Assembly: GCF_001194135.2 (NCBI RefSeq)
Contig: NC_068982.1
Span: 63,679,000-63,742,999, forward strand
Reading direction: 5' to 3'
DNA from: Octopus bimaculoides
Lineage: Eukaryota
Length of the DNA: 64,000 nucleotides
Shown in pieces: positions 51,081 through 64,000 of the stretch. Position numbers and translations under genes: made by a program. Each line of letters opens with the position of its first letter. Position 1 is the first letter of the stretch. Under the pieces are notes generated by a model. It saw nothing but the letters and a program-made list of their open reading frames with translations, was not told where the DNA came from and made no database searches.

Positions 51081-52353
51081 AGTTTGTGTATATCAAAATC
51101 ATGCTAATTATGTCCATATGCTTCCTTCTCTGTATACACCTCCCGATGCATATTAAAGTGATCCTCAGACATATTCTCTCACTGGAGCGTTCTGGATGTA
51201 TTTTTCACTATCTTTATAAAACAGTTCTTATTTTTCGTTTATGTATAAAGTAGCTGCTTCTTTCATTTGTCGACATTCTCGATTTATATAACTGTTTGTC
51301 ATATTATTTATATTGTATGGCTAAAGAACTATATAGTTCAACAGCGGCAAACAAGGCGAAGAGTTACTGAAACACCAAATTTCTTTATGTGAAATATTTC
51401 AGGTCCATTCTTCCCGTTTGTTTAATTGGCATAAACTTATAGTCATACCACCGGCTACACACCGACATATTGTGCACGCTCAGTGTTTAGATATAATGCA
51501 TATGAACTAACTAGGTCCATCTGCAATTATGTACGAGATATTTATATACTATATTTACTAGCAGTAATACCCGTCGTTGATCGGTAATTACTTTTACTGT
51601 TTCTCGGGCCGAGAAGCTAGAAAATTGAGTATATCATATAGAAGAATAGATTTACTGGATCCATTTGTCACTGTTCCTTTCGACGTTAGAATAGGTGGTA
51701 TGCCAAAGGAGAATTGAAAGTTTCAGTTTGAGCGTGAATGAAGCTTGACGAATAGCTATACCATATAGAAGAATAGCTTTACGGAATCCAGGTGACTGTG
51801 CGATGGCCCTGAGAAGGCCACAGGTGAAGTGGAAGACCCAGGAGTAGGCCACAGGTTAACTGGAGGACGGTTTCTTTTGACATTTGAATAGGCCGTATGC
51901 CTAAGGAGAATTGAAAGATTCGGTTTGGAATCTAAACCAGAATGAGACTACGACTACAGATTTAGGTTTACTCGTCTTGTATGGGTGCATTATATAAGAG
52001 ACAAACGTAATAACTGAAGTAGAAGAAAGATGGATTTCATATACGAATTTCTGTTTGTTCTTCAAGTTTTAATCCAGCAACTTTTAGTGTTTGGTCCTGA
52101 GTTTTATTAATGCTCATGCCAAAAGAAACAGTAACCGTTTAAATTTGAATGGGACATTAGATGGTATACCTGGTATGTTAGGAACGAAGACGGGGTCACG
52201 TTTACCACAAGCAGTGAGAAATATTTGTCTCAATGCAGTTCCTCATAGCTTTGTGCACAATTAGTGTTCTACCATTGCATAATTTTGGATAAGCAAATGA
52301 ACAAACACACAAACGGACAGAATCTCTCTGTTATATAATAATAAGAATATTAA

Positions 52354-52354
<1 letters not shown>

Positions 52355-52411
<57 letters not shown>

Positions 52412-52416
52412 GATGG

Positions 52417-52451
<35 letters not shown>

Positions 52452-52495
52452 GCCTACAGACATATACACTAGCAGGCAGGCAGACAGACGGACAG

Positions 52496-52589
<94 letters not shown>

Positions 52590-52590
52590 T
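52355..52590. repeat. Compound (AAT)n/(GATA)n/(GACA)n microsatellite
   Basis: Direct inspection. Confidence 0.95.
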
Positions 52591-54099
52591 AAGGGTTAAA
52601 GCACTTATTACCCTCGCCTAATTATTATACTCAGTGGGGTAATTGCCATCCAATAAACAACACTATCCCTTAGTTGGTTGGATTCACAACCTCTAACTTT
52701 CTTCTTTATATATATATACGTTTATATATTTATACAGTTGTGTGTGTGTGTGTGCGTACAAGCGTGCGTGTGTGTATGTGTGTGTGTGTGTGTGTGTGTN
52801 NNNNNNNNNNNNNNNNNNNNNNNNNNNNNNNNNATTTCAATTGAAACTGATGAGCTTTGAAATAACTAAAGCTGAAAGATATTACTATTACTATTTTCGT
52901 ATTAGTATATTCACATACGTGAACATAAATTAAGTCTGATAGAAACCACCAGAAAGCCAGAAACATGCCCAGGCTTTTGAACATATATAAAGACATATTG
53001 CTATCATACTAACTCTTCAATCTGTTCTGAAGTTGGCAGGAAACCAGCTTGCCAAATATAATTTGTTGACTTTTTTTCTGAATTATTTCTCACAATACTT
53101 TGATCGTTCGGGGACCTCACAGAAATCTTTGTTTCAGTATTTTTAGTTCACGTTATTTATTTTCGATTGAAGTGGAGAATTCAATACAAACTGATCTCAA
53201 TACATCAATAATACTTATTCAAGTCTGAAAAGGTTTATTTAAATCTTTATTTATATATTCTTAGTACCTGTCTCCATTATCTGCATATTGGTGAGTGCAC
53301 TATTCAATAGTATATGTTATTCAACATGATTGACTACCTCGGCCTAATCTCACATTTTTATTTTATCAGTGCAGCTATGACAAAGTCAATGAATGGGTAT
53401 TTCAATCACATTTTCGTCGTTATTAATATTTTTGTTTTTCCGTGATTTTCCTATAGATTTGTACTGTTAAGTCCGGCCTGGTTTTCTATCAATGTCTGGA
53501 GATGTCCAAGTTGTGGAAAAAAGTTTTACAATTAATATGCTTTTTATAGAAATAAAACGAAAAGTAGTTTCAAACTATTTTCTTCTATGTTTACTGACTT
53601 CATGCGCTCTTCCGTGAGACAGTTCTCGAACATTATTGAACTATAAAGAAATGCCAGATTCAGTTATTATATTCGGTAAAGTGGTTGTAAACTCAGGTTC
53701 AATTACCGTTTGAAATATTTCTCTGAAGTTCACCTTGGCTCTCAATTTCTACTTTCGGCAAGAAATTATTACTCTATAATTACTTACAATCAAAATGAAA
53801 AATGAAAAAAATATATTTTACAGGTTACCAAACTGTATACAAAAGATTACTAGATATTTCCATTTAGTATGTTTTTGCAAATCTATCCTTGTAAGCCTTT
53901 AGATGTAGCCGATAACCTGTGAAATAATATCTATTCTCCACATGTATATAATCGTAGAGATCACGATATTATAAAAACCATCTATTATAATAATACTCTT
54001 GTATTTTTCTCCGTCATAACATATGAATGAGAAAGGAATGGATGATAGATGAATAAGGAAGAAAGATATGAAAGCAAAGTGGTTGTGGAATGATGGAAA

Positions 54100-54320
54100 T
54101 ACTACGGTAAAAAAAATCAAACAGCGTTTCAACTCTGTGTGAGTATATGTGTGTGTATGTAAAAGAGAGGTATGTGAATGTTTGTGTGTGTGTGTGCGTG
54201 CAATGGAAGTGGGATGGTGAACATCCAACGCTGAGAAGAAAAATCAAACAGCGTTTCAACTCTGCGTGAGTAGTATATGTGTGTATGCGTGTGCAAGGGA
54301 AGTATATGAATGTTTGTATG
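54100..54320. repeat. ~127-bp tandem duplication
   Basis: aaaatcaaacagcgtttcaactctg at ~54113 and ~54240. Confidence 0.85.
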
Positions 54321-57300
54321 TGTGATTACTATGTACCTTATTTTGTACCACACTTACATATAAAATACTACAATTAGCCGTCATTTTTTACGGCACGGGG
54401 TCCGATATTGCATTTATAATGAATACGCGGTTCATAAGGTTGGTTTAGAGAGAAGAAATTTATTGGTGATAATGATAGTGTTGACTTTTGGCTATGTCAT
54501 TTGAATGTGTTTATCATTTAAGCATATGTATATACAATCACAAGTAGCGTGTGTGTTAAGGTTATTGCAAATATACAATCTTACCATATTTTAGAGAAAT
54601 GATTTATTTTCTTTCTGCTCACAGTCAATATCGATGTTTTTAAGTGTGTTTTTTCGTAAATATAATGCACAGGCACTTCTATCTTCGAAGAGCAAACCTA
54701 TGTTCAGATCATGTAAATACTCAAAAGTGGTGTTGCTAATATAGTTCATGATTATAAAATCTCGATTACTAAAGTGGGCTTCTTGGAAATATTCTATATG
54801 AGTTACTTGCCTTTAATGTGACACTATTGATCATAACATATCTAATTATGTTCAACGTTATAAAACCAGTTAAATAGTTGAACTATATCATTTTTTATGA
54901 GATATTTCTGCTTTATACCATATCTTTTGTGAGATGCAACTGACCTGTAACATTTTTATGCTCTGAATCTAAGTGCATACATGAAATATTTTAGTATCGA
55001 AAAAAAATTGTGTACACACAGTAAATGAGATTTGAGAGATCGTTACATTGGCAATATTTACAGGATTTTCACTGTGGTTAGACAATTCGTTTACATGATA
55101 TTTTATTCGGAGTAGATTGAATTCATTTCTAAAACGACCTTCGCAGATTCAATATGATACGAATTATTGACTCTTTAACCAATACTCAATATTCTAGCAG
55201 TTTCCAGACACCTTAGAAAATATTCAAGAATTATTAGAAATAATTGTAGCATGTCCAATGATCATCATAATGGTTATGTTGTGCAGCTTTCAGAAATCAT
55301 ACTCTTATTCATATCAATGGTGAGCTAAATTTCAATACCTAACAGATGATTTATTTATGTGTCTTTCTCAAATGAATGTATAAAAGTATACAGGTACGTA
55401 TATATGTAAGTATGGATGCTTCTATGCTTGTATCTAGCTATGTTTGTTGGTATGCGTCTGAGACAGAAAGACATAACGTTTAGGCTGACATATTTGCAGT
55501 ACTACTACTTCCTCTCCAGTTGATTAACAATTTCATTTATTGCCTTTCCCGCACTGCATTGATACCCGAACTCCTCTAGAAATAAGTATTGTGTAGTGAT
55601 TCGTTTTGTTACTACAAACACATAGAAGTTTCGTGTAAAAAAAATAGTGCTTTGTTGAATTCGAGAGGTGATCTTTAACCCTAGCTCTGTCTAGCGTAGC
55701 AAAGCAAGCTATTTAATTCGATACGGTTGCAAGTGATTTAGAAAAGGATAACAACTTAATTCCTTGCATTGCTGAAACTGAGTAGATATCTATTTATAGA
55801 AATGTTGCATTGACTTTCAGAATGCAACGTGTAGACCGTTTTAATGATTAGGTATTTCATGGTAACTTTCATAAAGGTGTGATTTATAAATATAATAACA
55901 ATTATTTTGAGCATGCACAAGTCCAAATACTTCCTACAGCCGCCTACTTCATCTCTCCACTTACATCTATTGGCCTTCCTTTTCCCCCATTCTACCTTTA
56001 AATTTCCATGCATTACAATTTGAAATGCAATATACATATCTCTCCACCTTGAAGACGAAGGCTGGATTTATCTAATATTTATGTGCTTCCACTAGTGATT
56101 GCATATCCTTGGCTTTTTGCGAATAGTATCTGCCAACATTATGAAGTAATTCCGAGTCCCCAGAAACAGCTGTTGGACCTGTAATACCATACCTTCTCCC
56201 CTTAATTTTCTGTGTCTTTGCACTGTGTATAAGTTTGCTCTGTTAATGTGCAAAATATCTATATATTTATACATGCGTATTCATTGTCTGAATATTTTCA
56301 GTCTTTGTTTTCTCTCTATTTACATGTATATTTGTATGCAAATTTTGTATATCTAGCCTAAGTGGTTTCATTTGTTTATTTGCATAATTATTTCCATATT
56401 CACTCGCCTAGATTCCTCTTATGACCACTCTCTATCCCACAGAATTAGTCATCGGTAAAAATTTCGGAGTGTAAGATCAAATCATTTGAACGTTGCCAAG
56501 CATTTTGTATTGAGTATCTCTGGATCTCATCTCTTAACTCTATACTCATATGTATGCATACGAGCGCACATATCTGAACGGAAAAAAACTTAAAGAATTT
56601 TTAAAATACAATGAACACAGTAACACAAGATATAATTTCTAAAATAAAGCCTGAAATATTAGAAATTAAGTTGAGATGAGTACTCTACGACCCTGTTCAT
56701 TCAATCACTTCTAAATCTGTGTTCGATTTCAACCGAATGCACCAGGTATTTTAGGTATTTGATGCTGAAGGTCTAATATGTTGAGTCCTAATTTTAATTT
56801 TACAAGCAATCTACCTTTTGCAGAGGGTTTATAGTCTGAACATAACCGTTTATGCGTCAATCTTATTTCTGGGAGACCGCACCATGGCAGATACGTTATA
56901 TTGTCTATTAATTGGATGTCTGATTTTCAGAGAACGGTGAATTTTAGTTCATGTTCATCTTCTTCCTTTTCTTCGTTATTCTCTTGAGTTGGGATTCCAC
57001 GGCCGCTTAGAAGAAATTGTTGCTTTTCAACCGTTTTCGTTGTTTTGTGTTGTGCAACTTTTATGTGAGTATGTGTATGTATTTTTGTTTGTTTGTTTGT
57101 TTGTTTGTTTGTTTGTTTGTTTGTTTGTTTATTTGTTTGTTTTCAGTGCTTCGAAAAATCACTACTGGCATCGATGAAATATTTAACAAACATAAAAAAA
57201 GAAATAAAGAAAGTATTGATAGATAAGTCTATAAGAAGTTCGTTAACTATTTGTGAAATTTTATAATATTTTATTTCATAAATTTAACAGCAAATTAAGT

Positions 57301-58719
57301 TGTAAATTTTCATATTAGTCGTTGATCGATTACCAATACTCCACAATTTAAATCAGTGCCGAATTGATTCAGCCCCCATCTCATAAAAGATAAAAGCGAA
57401 CAATATAAACGGAAGCCATATCATTCAATCCAAGGTTACAAAGGGAATGCATAGTTTGAATGTTAGAAATGTTACAAAAAACGTATCAAACATATAGCAT
57501 AAAATCCTCATATCTCACATCACCAGAAACAAATAATCTAAATATATGCTCAGCTAAACTGTACATAAATAACGAAATTCCTATAATATTTTTGAATAAG
57601 ATTAGGAGAGAATATTATCCCGACGTAAAAAAGTAACTGCGTCCCAAATGATTCGTTAATTAAAGATGAAATATTTCTCAAATGAAAGAAGATATCATAT
57701 ATAGAAATTGAACATATGAAATAGAGAATACATAACCAAAACACAAACAATGGAATGAAAAGCTTAAAAGATTAAAGTTGAATACATATATACCTAACGC
57801 GGCAAATAAGTAAATAAAAAAATAAAACCCCACAAATTCAAACCATGGTATAGTTGCGGAAAACTGAACAGTAAAAAACTTAGATAAAGAGTACACACAG
57901 AAATATAAACTGTAAGCAAGCAGTGAGTAAATGGTAAGCAATTCAGCAGATAGAAACATAATAGTAACTAGAAAAACACTCGGAGAGTGCAGACCTCCGC
58001 TAAGCAGCTCATTTCCACCCATATACACGCATGCTGAAAATCGCCCAATTTCCCAAACCAACGCCGGCAAAAACATAACCTCCTTGGCGGGGTTTAAAAA
58101 AAATAACACAGCCATGTGATTTTTAAAAAAAAAACCTCTAAAAACAGGAATCATCTGAAGCAGTTATAATACATCAACGACAACAGCAAGCTAGTTTCAC
58201 CATACAACTAAAAAAAAACAACAATTACCTAAGACTTGAGTGATACACACACAACATCATGGTCGGAAAAGTAACAGTCGCTTACGGTGACTTGTGGACG
58301 CCGATCCTGGTTCACGTAAACATGATCTAGCAGGCTTCCATAGTCGGTGGTGGATTTTTGGACTAGTTGGTCGAACCCAAACTGGTTCATAGTTGTCTAA
58401 ATCTCATGGTTAGGGGAATCAAGAAGATCCACGTTGAAATCACCAAGGACGATGATCAGATGATTCTTTGGCAAAGATAAAAGAGGTATCTGTCTACTTA
58501 CGAAACTAAACTTACCTACCTACCTACTTTACATCCCTCTATGGTCAGTATAGTATCAATCTTCCCTCAAGAGTCCATAGATACGCGAGTAAAATTACTA
58601 ATAGAGAAACGAAAATAAAACTTTGGAAACAGCAACGCTACCATAGGTTACGTGGAAACGATGAACGTGTTTTCAAGGGAGATAATCAAAGAATGTAACA
58701 TTGTAATACTTCATGTAAA

Positions 58720-58932
58720 GTAAATATAACAAATGAAAAATCCTTCAAGAATCCATAAAATTTCCCGGATCACTACCAAAATTTCATCATCTGTTCCTTG
58801 TGTCATTACCAACTTTTTTGTAAGTTTCATCAAATACCGTTCACAACTTATTTTAGTTATTTTCCACAAAGACGGACAGACGGACAAACCAACGCCGATG
58901 AAAACATAACCTCCTTCCTTGGCGGAGGTAAT
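58720..58932 (+). mobile_element. Short non-autonomous element with GACA repeat and 3' hairpin (HINE/Helentron-like); second 3' end at ~58060-58095
   Basis: gacggacagacggaca...aaaacataacctcc(ttcc)ttggcggaggta. Confidence 0.45.
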
Positions 58933-59714
58933 TAACAAAAAACAAAATACCCACATCTTAATATTAAAAATACCTGTTCCAAATCAATTTCTTTCAACTA
59001 CATATTCGCTTGGTATTAGCATATTGACGAATATGTTAAACTAGAATGGGGTAAAATACGTAATGTTTGAAATAATCTGAAAAGAGTGGAAACGGATTAA
59101 GAAACAAGTGATAACGAATTTCTTAAAGTAGTTAAACAAATTATCCAAATATAAAGATTTGGAAATAAAATGTCTGAAGATTTCAAATAGAAATAATTCT
59201 TGAGCACTGAAACTGATGAAATATATAGAAGATAAATATATAATCAATACATTTAGACTTACATATACATCATATAAAAAATAATGCTAACAGATATTAC
59301 ACGCATATATAAAGTGCACGAATACCAAGCAAAACAAAAAAAAAATACCATTCTCATGCACTAAGTTTCGCATTGAAGCGTTTCATAAATTATAACGGCA
59401 CTAAATTAATAACAATTATTTCTGATATAAGTACAAAGCCAGAAATTATGATGATTTCTCCAAATATCTGAAAATAATCAATGGACTGCTGAAAAACATC
59501 CCAGGTCTGATAATAGGCCTACCCGAGTAGCAGAAGGGCAAATACAACGGTTATGTTATGGGCCAAAGAAACATGGAAAATTCCCTACTACAGTCAATGC
59601 TGCTCCGCACCGCTGGAGGAAGATCACTGTAAGTAGATACCGAAAATGTTTTCGTCTCTACTATCAACAGTTGTTGAAGGGAATCATTCGCAAAGCAAGC
59701 TATACGTAAAATTA

Positions 59715-60392
59715 TATACATACATACGTACATACATACATACATACATACATACATACGTACGTACATACGTACATACATACATACATACATACATACA
59801 AACATACATACATACATACATGCATACATACATACATACATCTTGGAGACCGTTATGGTCAGTCCGATACTCGGACATGCGTAATTACTGCTCATATCAA
59901 GGCAGCATACGAAATATTGGAAAAGTTGAGTTACAGAGTGCGGTAAGATTGCATACAATATTTCTACATTAAACATTAAAACATTGCATAGATTCCAGCA
60001 TATCTATATAGACGAGACATACATATCAACATATTTATGTACACACAGCGCTGTAACACTACACACAAGGAAATGTCAAGTAACGTTTCAAAACAGTTTC
60101 CGAAAAAGACAAACACCGCTCAATATGTACGCTTAAATACAATTGTAGAATTAAAAACAACCGGAAATGAAAGATTACCCAAGCTGTGAACAACTTTAAA
60201 TTTAATTCTAAAATAAATTGGCGAAACTTTTGAGGAAGATCATCGCCTATTTTGAAAAACAAATACAAATATCAGTGAATAGACAAAATCATCACGGCTA
60301 AATGTATAAGTTTCATTCGACCAAAACGTGACTACAATCACTGTATACAATGAACCTATGATTTTAAAGATTAACATGAAACGTATATACAT

Positions 60393-60455
<63 letters not shown>

Positions 60456-60565
60456 CATACATACATACATACATACATACATGCATACATCCATACATCC
60501 ATCCATCCATCCATACATACATACATACATACATGCATGCATACATACATACATGCATACATACA

Positions 60566-60597
<32 letters not shown>
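59715..60597. repeat. (ATAC)n, (TA)n and (ATCC)n microsatellite blocks
   Basis: Blocks at 59715-59840 and 60395-60597. Confidence 0.9.
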
Positions 60598-60599
<2 letters not shown>

Positions 60600-61610
60600 A
60601 ACAGTAACGTAGTTAGTTTTAAAATCTCTATACGTAGTAACTCTACTGAAAAGTAACAGTTTGTACTACCTCAACGAGGTTGTTCTATACAGAACACTGT
60701 TACTATTCTTTTAACCCTTACTTTTTGGCATTGTATTTCCAAAATAAATCTTTATGTTGTCCTAAAACGTAAATTAAGACAAAACTAGTGGAATGTTAAA
60801 AACCAGATTTAGTGCTAAAATAAACAGTATCATGGATAGTCATCCTCCTTGATATACTTTTTTTGATAAATTTAAGACATCAGGGCCAATCATCCTGATA
60901 GCAATTTTGGACAAGATTTGCACGTGCTCTAACAAGCTAGATTTGTATGTCAATTTGGCCTCACACAGCTCTTTTAAGTATATTGGTGACTTCTAGTATA
61001 CCACCAACATCTTGTAGTCCGTTCCATTTATTGGGCTTTGCCTGATGTCTTACTATAAACTCAATTTTCTCCACACTTTTCATGAAAGTTTCAAATTCAT
61101 TGTGTAAATGTTATTATAGTTGATGAAGTATTCTTTCCTGGTTGTATTTTATCTATGATGCATTCTGGTTGAAATAATTTTACACATAACAGATCTTAGA
61201 TGAAAATGATTTAAGGCTTCTTATCGTTTTCTTTCATCTTCTGGCTATGCAGATTGTAGGATTACAAGCAGACCTCTGGCTAATGATAGCTCTGTGAATT
61301 AGTTCTTTTTTTATTTTTTAATAACGAAGTTTGTTTTTTACGCAATACGTAGAATCTCCTTATATTTCAATCGTTTCTCTTATGCGTAGTTGTTATGATG
61401 TGAACCTGTCTTTACACTTTATGGTTGCACTGCAATTCTGCAATACATGTAAATGTGTTCCAGTTTTGTTATCTCCTCGGGTTGTTTCATAAGATTAGTG
61501 TTTCAGTACCCTGTACATTGCAATTATTTCTTTCGTATTTTTTCAGGGTGCTAGCAGTTACATACAAGGACGTAGCTATTATCCACAATGTGTTACTATT
61601 TATTTTCACA

Positions 61611-61822
61611 AAGGTGGCGAACTGGCAAAATTGTTAGCACGCCGGGAAAATTGTTTTGCGGCATTTCATCCGTCCTTATGTTCTGAGTTCAAATTCCGTC
61701 GAATTCGACTTTGCCTTTTATCCTTTTGGAGTCGATAAAATAAGTACCAGTTGAACACTGGGGTCGATATCATCGACCTGCCCCCTCCACCGAAATTGCT
61801 GGCCTTGTGCCAAAATTTGAAA
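61611..61822 (+). mobile_element. Full-length SINE family A
   Basis: aaggtggcgaactggcaaaattgttagcacgccggg...ctgagttcaaattcc...gtgccaaaatttgaaa. Confidence 0.88.
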
Positions 61823-64000
61823 TCAATATTTACTTTCATATATAATCTGCAGCTCCATATTTATTTTCTTATATAATCTCTAGCTCCATCGACCACAATT
61901 TTTACTATGGGAGTGGCTGTTTTTATTTGTTGCTTTTTCTTCTTTTTTCACCCCTCGTCAAAATGTATTTGTAATGATAGTTTAGGGAAATGTGAAAGGA
62001 TCATTTCTCACTGTGGTTTGAAATAATTTTTAAACTGTGTAGTTTTACAGTCAGCGTTTTAAGGTCAATTTTATATCGAGATATTTGAGAGCTCTGTGGT
62101 TATCATGGTCGTGGTGGTGGTTGTGTTGATAATGTCGGAGATGTATTTATATTATTATCGCTCTCTTCTCAAGCATCTTTTGTCTGATTCGAGGTGTCTT
62201 CAGAAAATCAATGAATATCGATGGAGTTGGAATCACAATTGCTGTCTGTGACAAGGAATAACAATCGCCGTCTGTGACCACTATTTTCGAGCAAAGAAAA
62301 ATTTATGTCGCGAGGCTGTTTGACGTCATATGATTTCAGTTTGGGTAGACTTTATGCCAGTAAATCTTCAGTCATTTCATATAGCTGACATAAGTAAATA
62401 TAGAATCGAAATAAATCATGATTCACCTGTAAACAGCAAGTGAATTTGGAAGAATAGTTACACCATCTTAGAATACTTATACCATCTTAGGTAGCTCACT
62501 GATGTGGTAGTGAAAATTTAGAGCGATAATAAAATAACTGTAAAATTCAGCATAGATATTTCATTTCTCCGAAGTTTTAGATTGTACATCCACCTCTACT
62601 TGGTATCTAACCTCTGCACCAATGCATTGCTGTTGTTCATTGATCCATACAACAATATTAGATCTTTCGTGTTTGCATCGGATTTCTGTCTTTTACTGAA
62701 ATGTGCCTCCCGTATTCTTTATTTTTAAAGTTTAGGATACATTATGGTTGTGCTATTTCAGTGGAATGATTTCAGGATATTTGCTACGAATAGCATCGTA
62801 AGCAGTTTTGGCAAAAATGCCACACAGTACTTTCGCACATTCTGAGGCAGCCGATAAAAGTATGGTTAGCCATTTCCACTTTGATATGGTACACTCGACA
62901 TTTTCTATCACAACATGGATTTTTTGTAGATCCTCTTATCTTCCTACTATAGTAAGTATTTCTCCTTCAAATTTCTCGTCAATTAAGTCAATCCACCTAT
63001 TTCTGAGTCGCATGAAACAGTTGTACACACAGAGTACCTATGTAAGAGTTCTTCACCTACTCTCAGGTTGTTATTATTTTCACTACTGAGAATACATATT
63101 ATGTTCCATTTTTTTTTCCAATTCATTAAGAGACATTTCTGTCCAACAAGTCATGTTCTCGTCACTGTTTATGAAAGCTACCATACAAGGTAAATGCATT
63201 CCTAGATTTTATGTTCAAATTGAGGATCTACTAAAGTGTCTAGTACTTTAAAAACATTGACGGGTATGATCTAATTGAATGAAATAGCTCTGACTTCCAT
63301 ATTTCCTGAAGTCTGCTGACATATTTATTTGTCACTCTCCCTTTACTCACAGCACTAACATCTCCAATATTCTCACTAATTCAGAAATACTTGGAGATAG
63401 CGGTGACAGGCACGTTTATTCATATGATTTCTCACAATGTGTAAGTATTCCTTGAATACAGTCTCAAGTCATAAACAAAAATGTGTGAGTACCAGTAATT
63501 TTTCTAATCTCAGCTTATCTTGGTAATTACCCTTGACATTTCTTCAACAGAACTGACAGAGATCACTGAAAGGTTAAGAAGCAGTACAAAGAATGTGTAA
63601 CCATGAAATAATCTCGCCATTCAACACAATTCTGTGTGTGACCGTAACTATAGTATTGTTGATGAAAAGCTATTTGGCACAACTCCTTCCTCTTAGCTTC
63701 TCATATTATTCGTTTCAAAGTATTTGGGAGAACTCCACTAAAACAACTTGGGTATAGATTATAAATAGCATAACATGACTGTGTAATTTTTTTATTACAT
63801 CAACTTCATCGTCTGTGTCTTTTTACTAAGCAGTTTGATTAGAGTCTATTTGTAGTATGTAAGCTTCCTTTACCAATATTCGGCTATCATGTCTCACTCA
63901 TGTGAATTACTGTTCGGCTGTTTTGCAACAACTGCCAAGTGAGTTGCATTTGTGATGTTATATATTTTAGTCTTGTACACTACTCATTGCTAAGCTCATT

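Noticed and set aside
19929-51253. Long ORFs in the ORF track that run through N gaps
   Set aside because: Artefacts of X translation across assembly gaps.

Overview
AT-rich, microsatellite-dense animal genomic scaffold with many N gaps. The SINE families and repeat spectrum fit a coleoid cephalopod such as Octopus (inference). One host gene is supported: a minus-strand, three-coding-exon, secreted glutathione peroxidase (211 aa; 15912-15714, 7478-7237, 5471-5277). It has Cys (TGT) instead of Sec at the peroxidatic site and Met at the catalytic Gln position. The rest is transposable elements and simple repeats. Highlights: (1) a ~400-nt tandem repeat in GPx intron 1 carrying type I hammerhead ribozyme motifs (retrozyme/Penelope-like), plus two unrelated hammerheads at ~24.3 kb (core intact) and ~34.7 kb; (2) two ORF1-only Tx1-like non-LTR elements stacked at the same 18-bp site just before a mariner transposase ATG, with the 18-mer at all three junctions; (3) a SINE copy sharing the 3' tail of those elements; (4) restriction-like-endonuclease LINEs sitting in (TAA)n and (TACA)n microsatellites. 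Family assignments come from motif recognition, not database searches.
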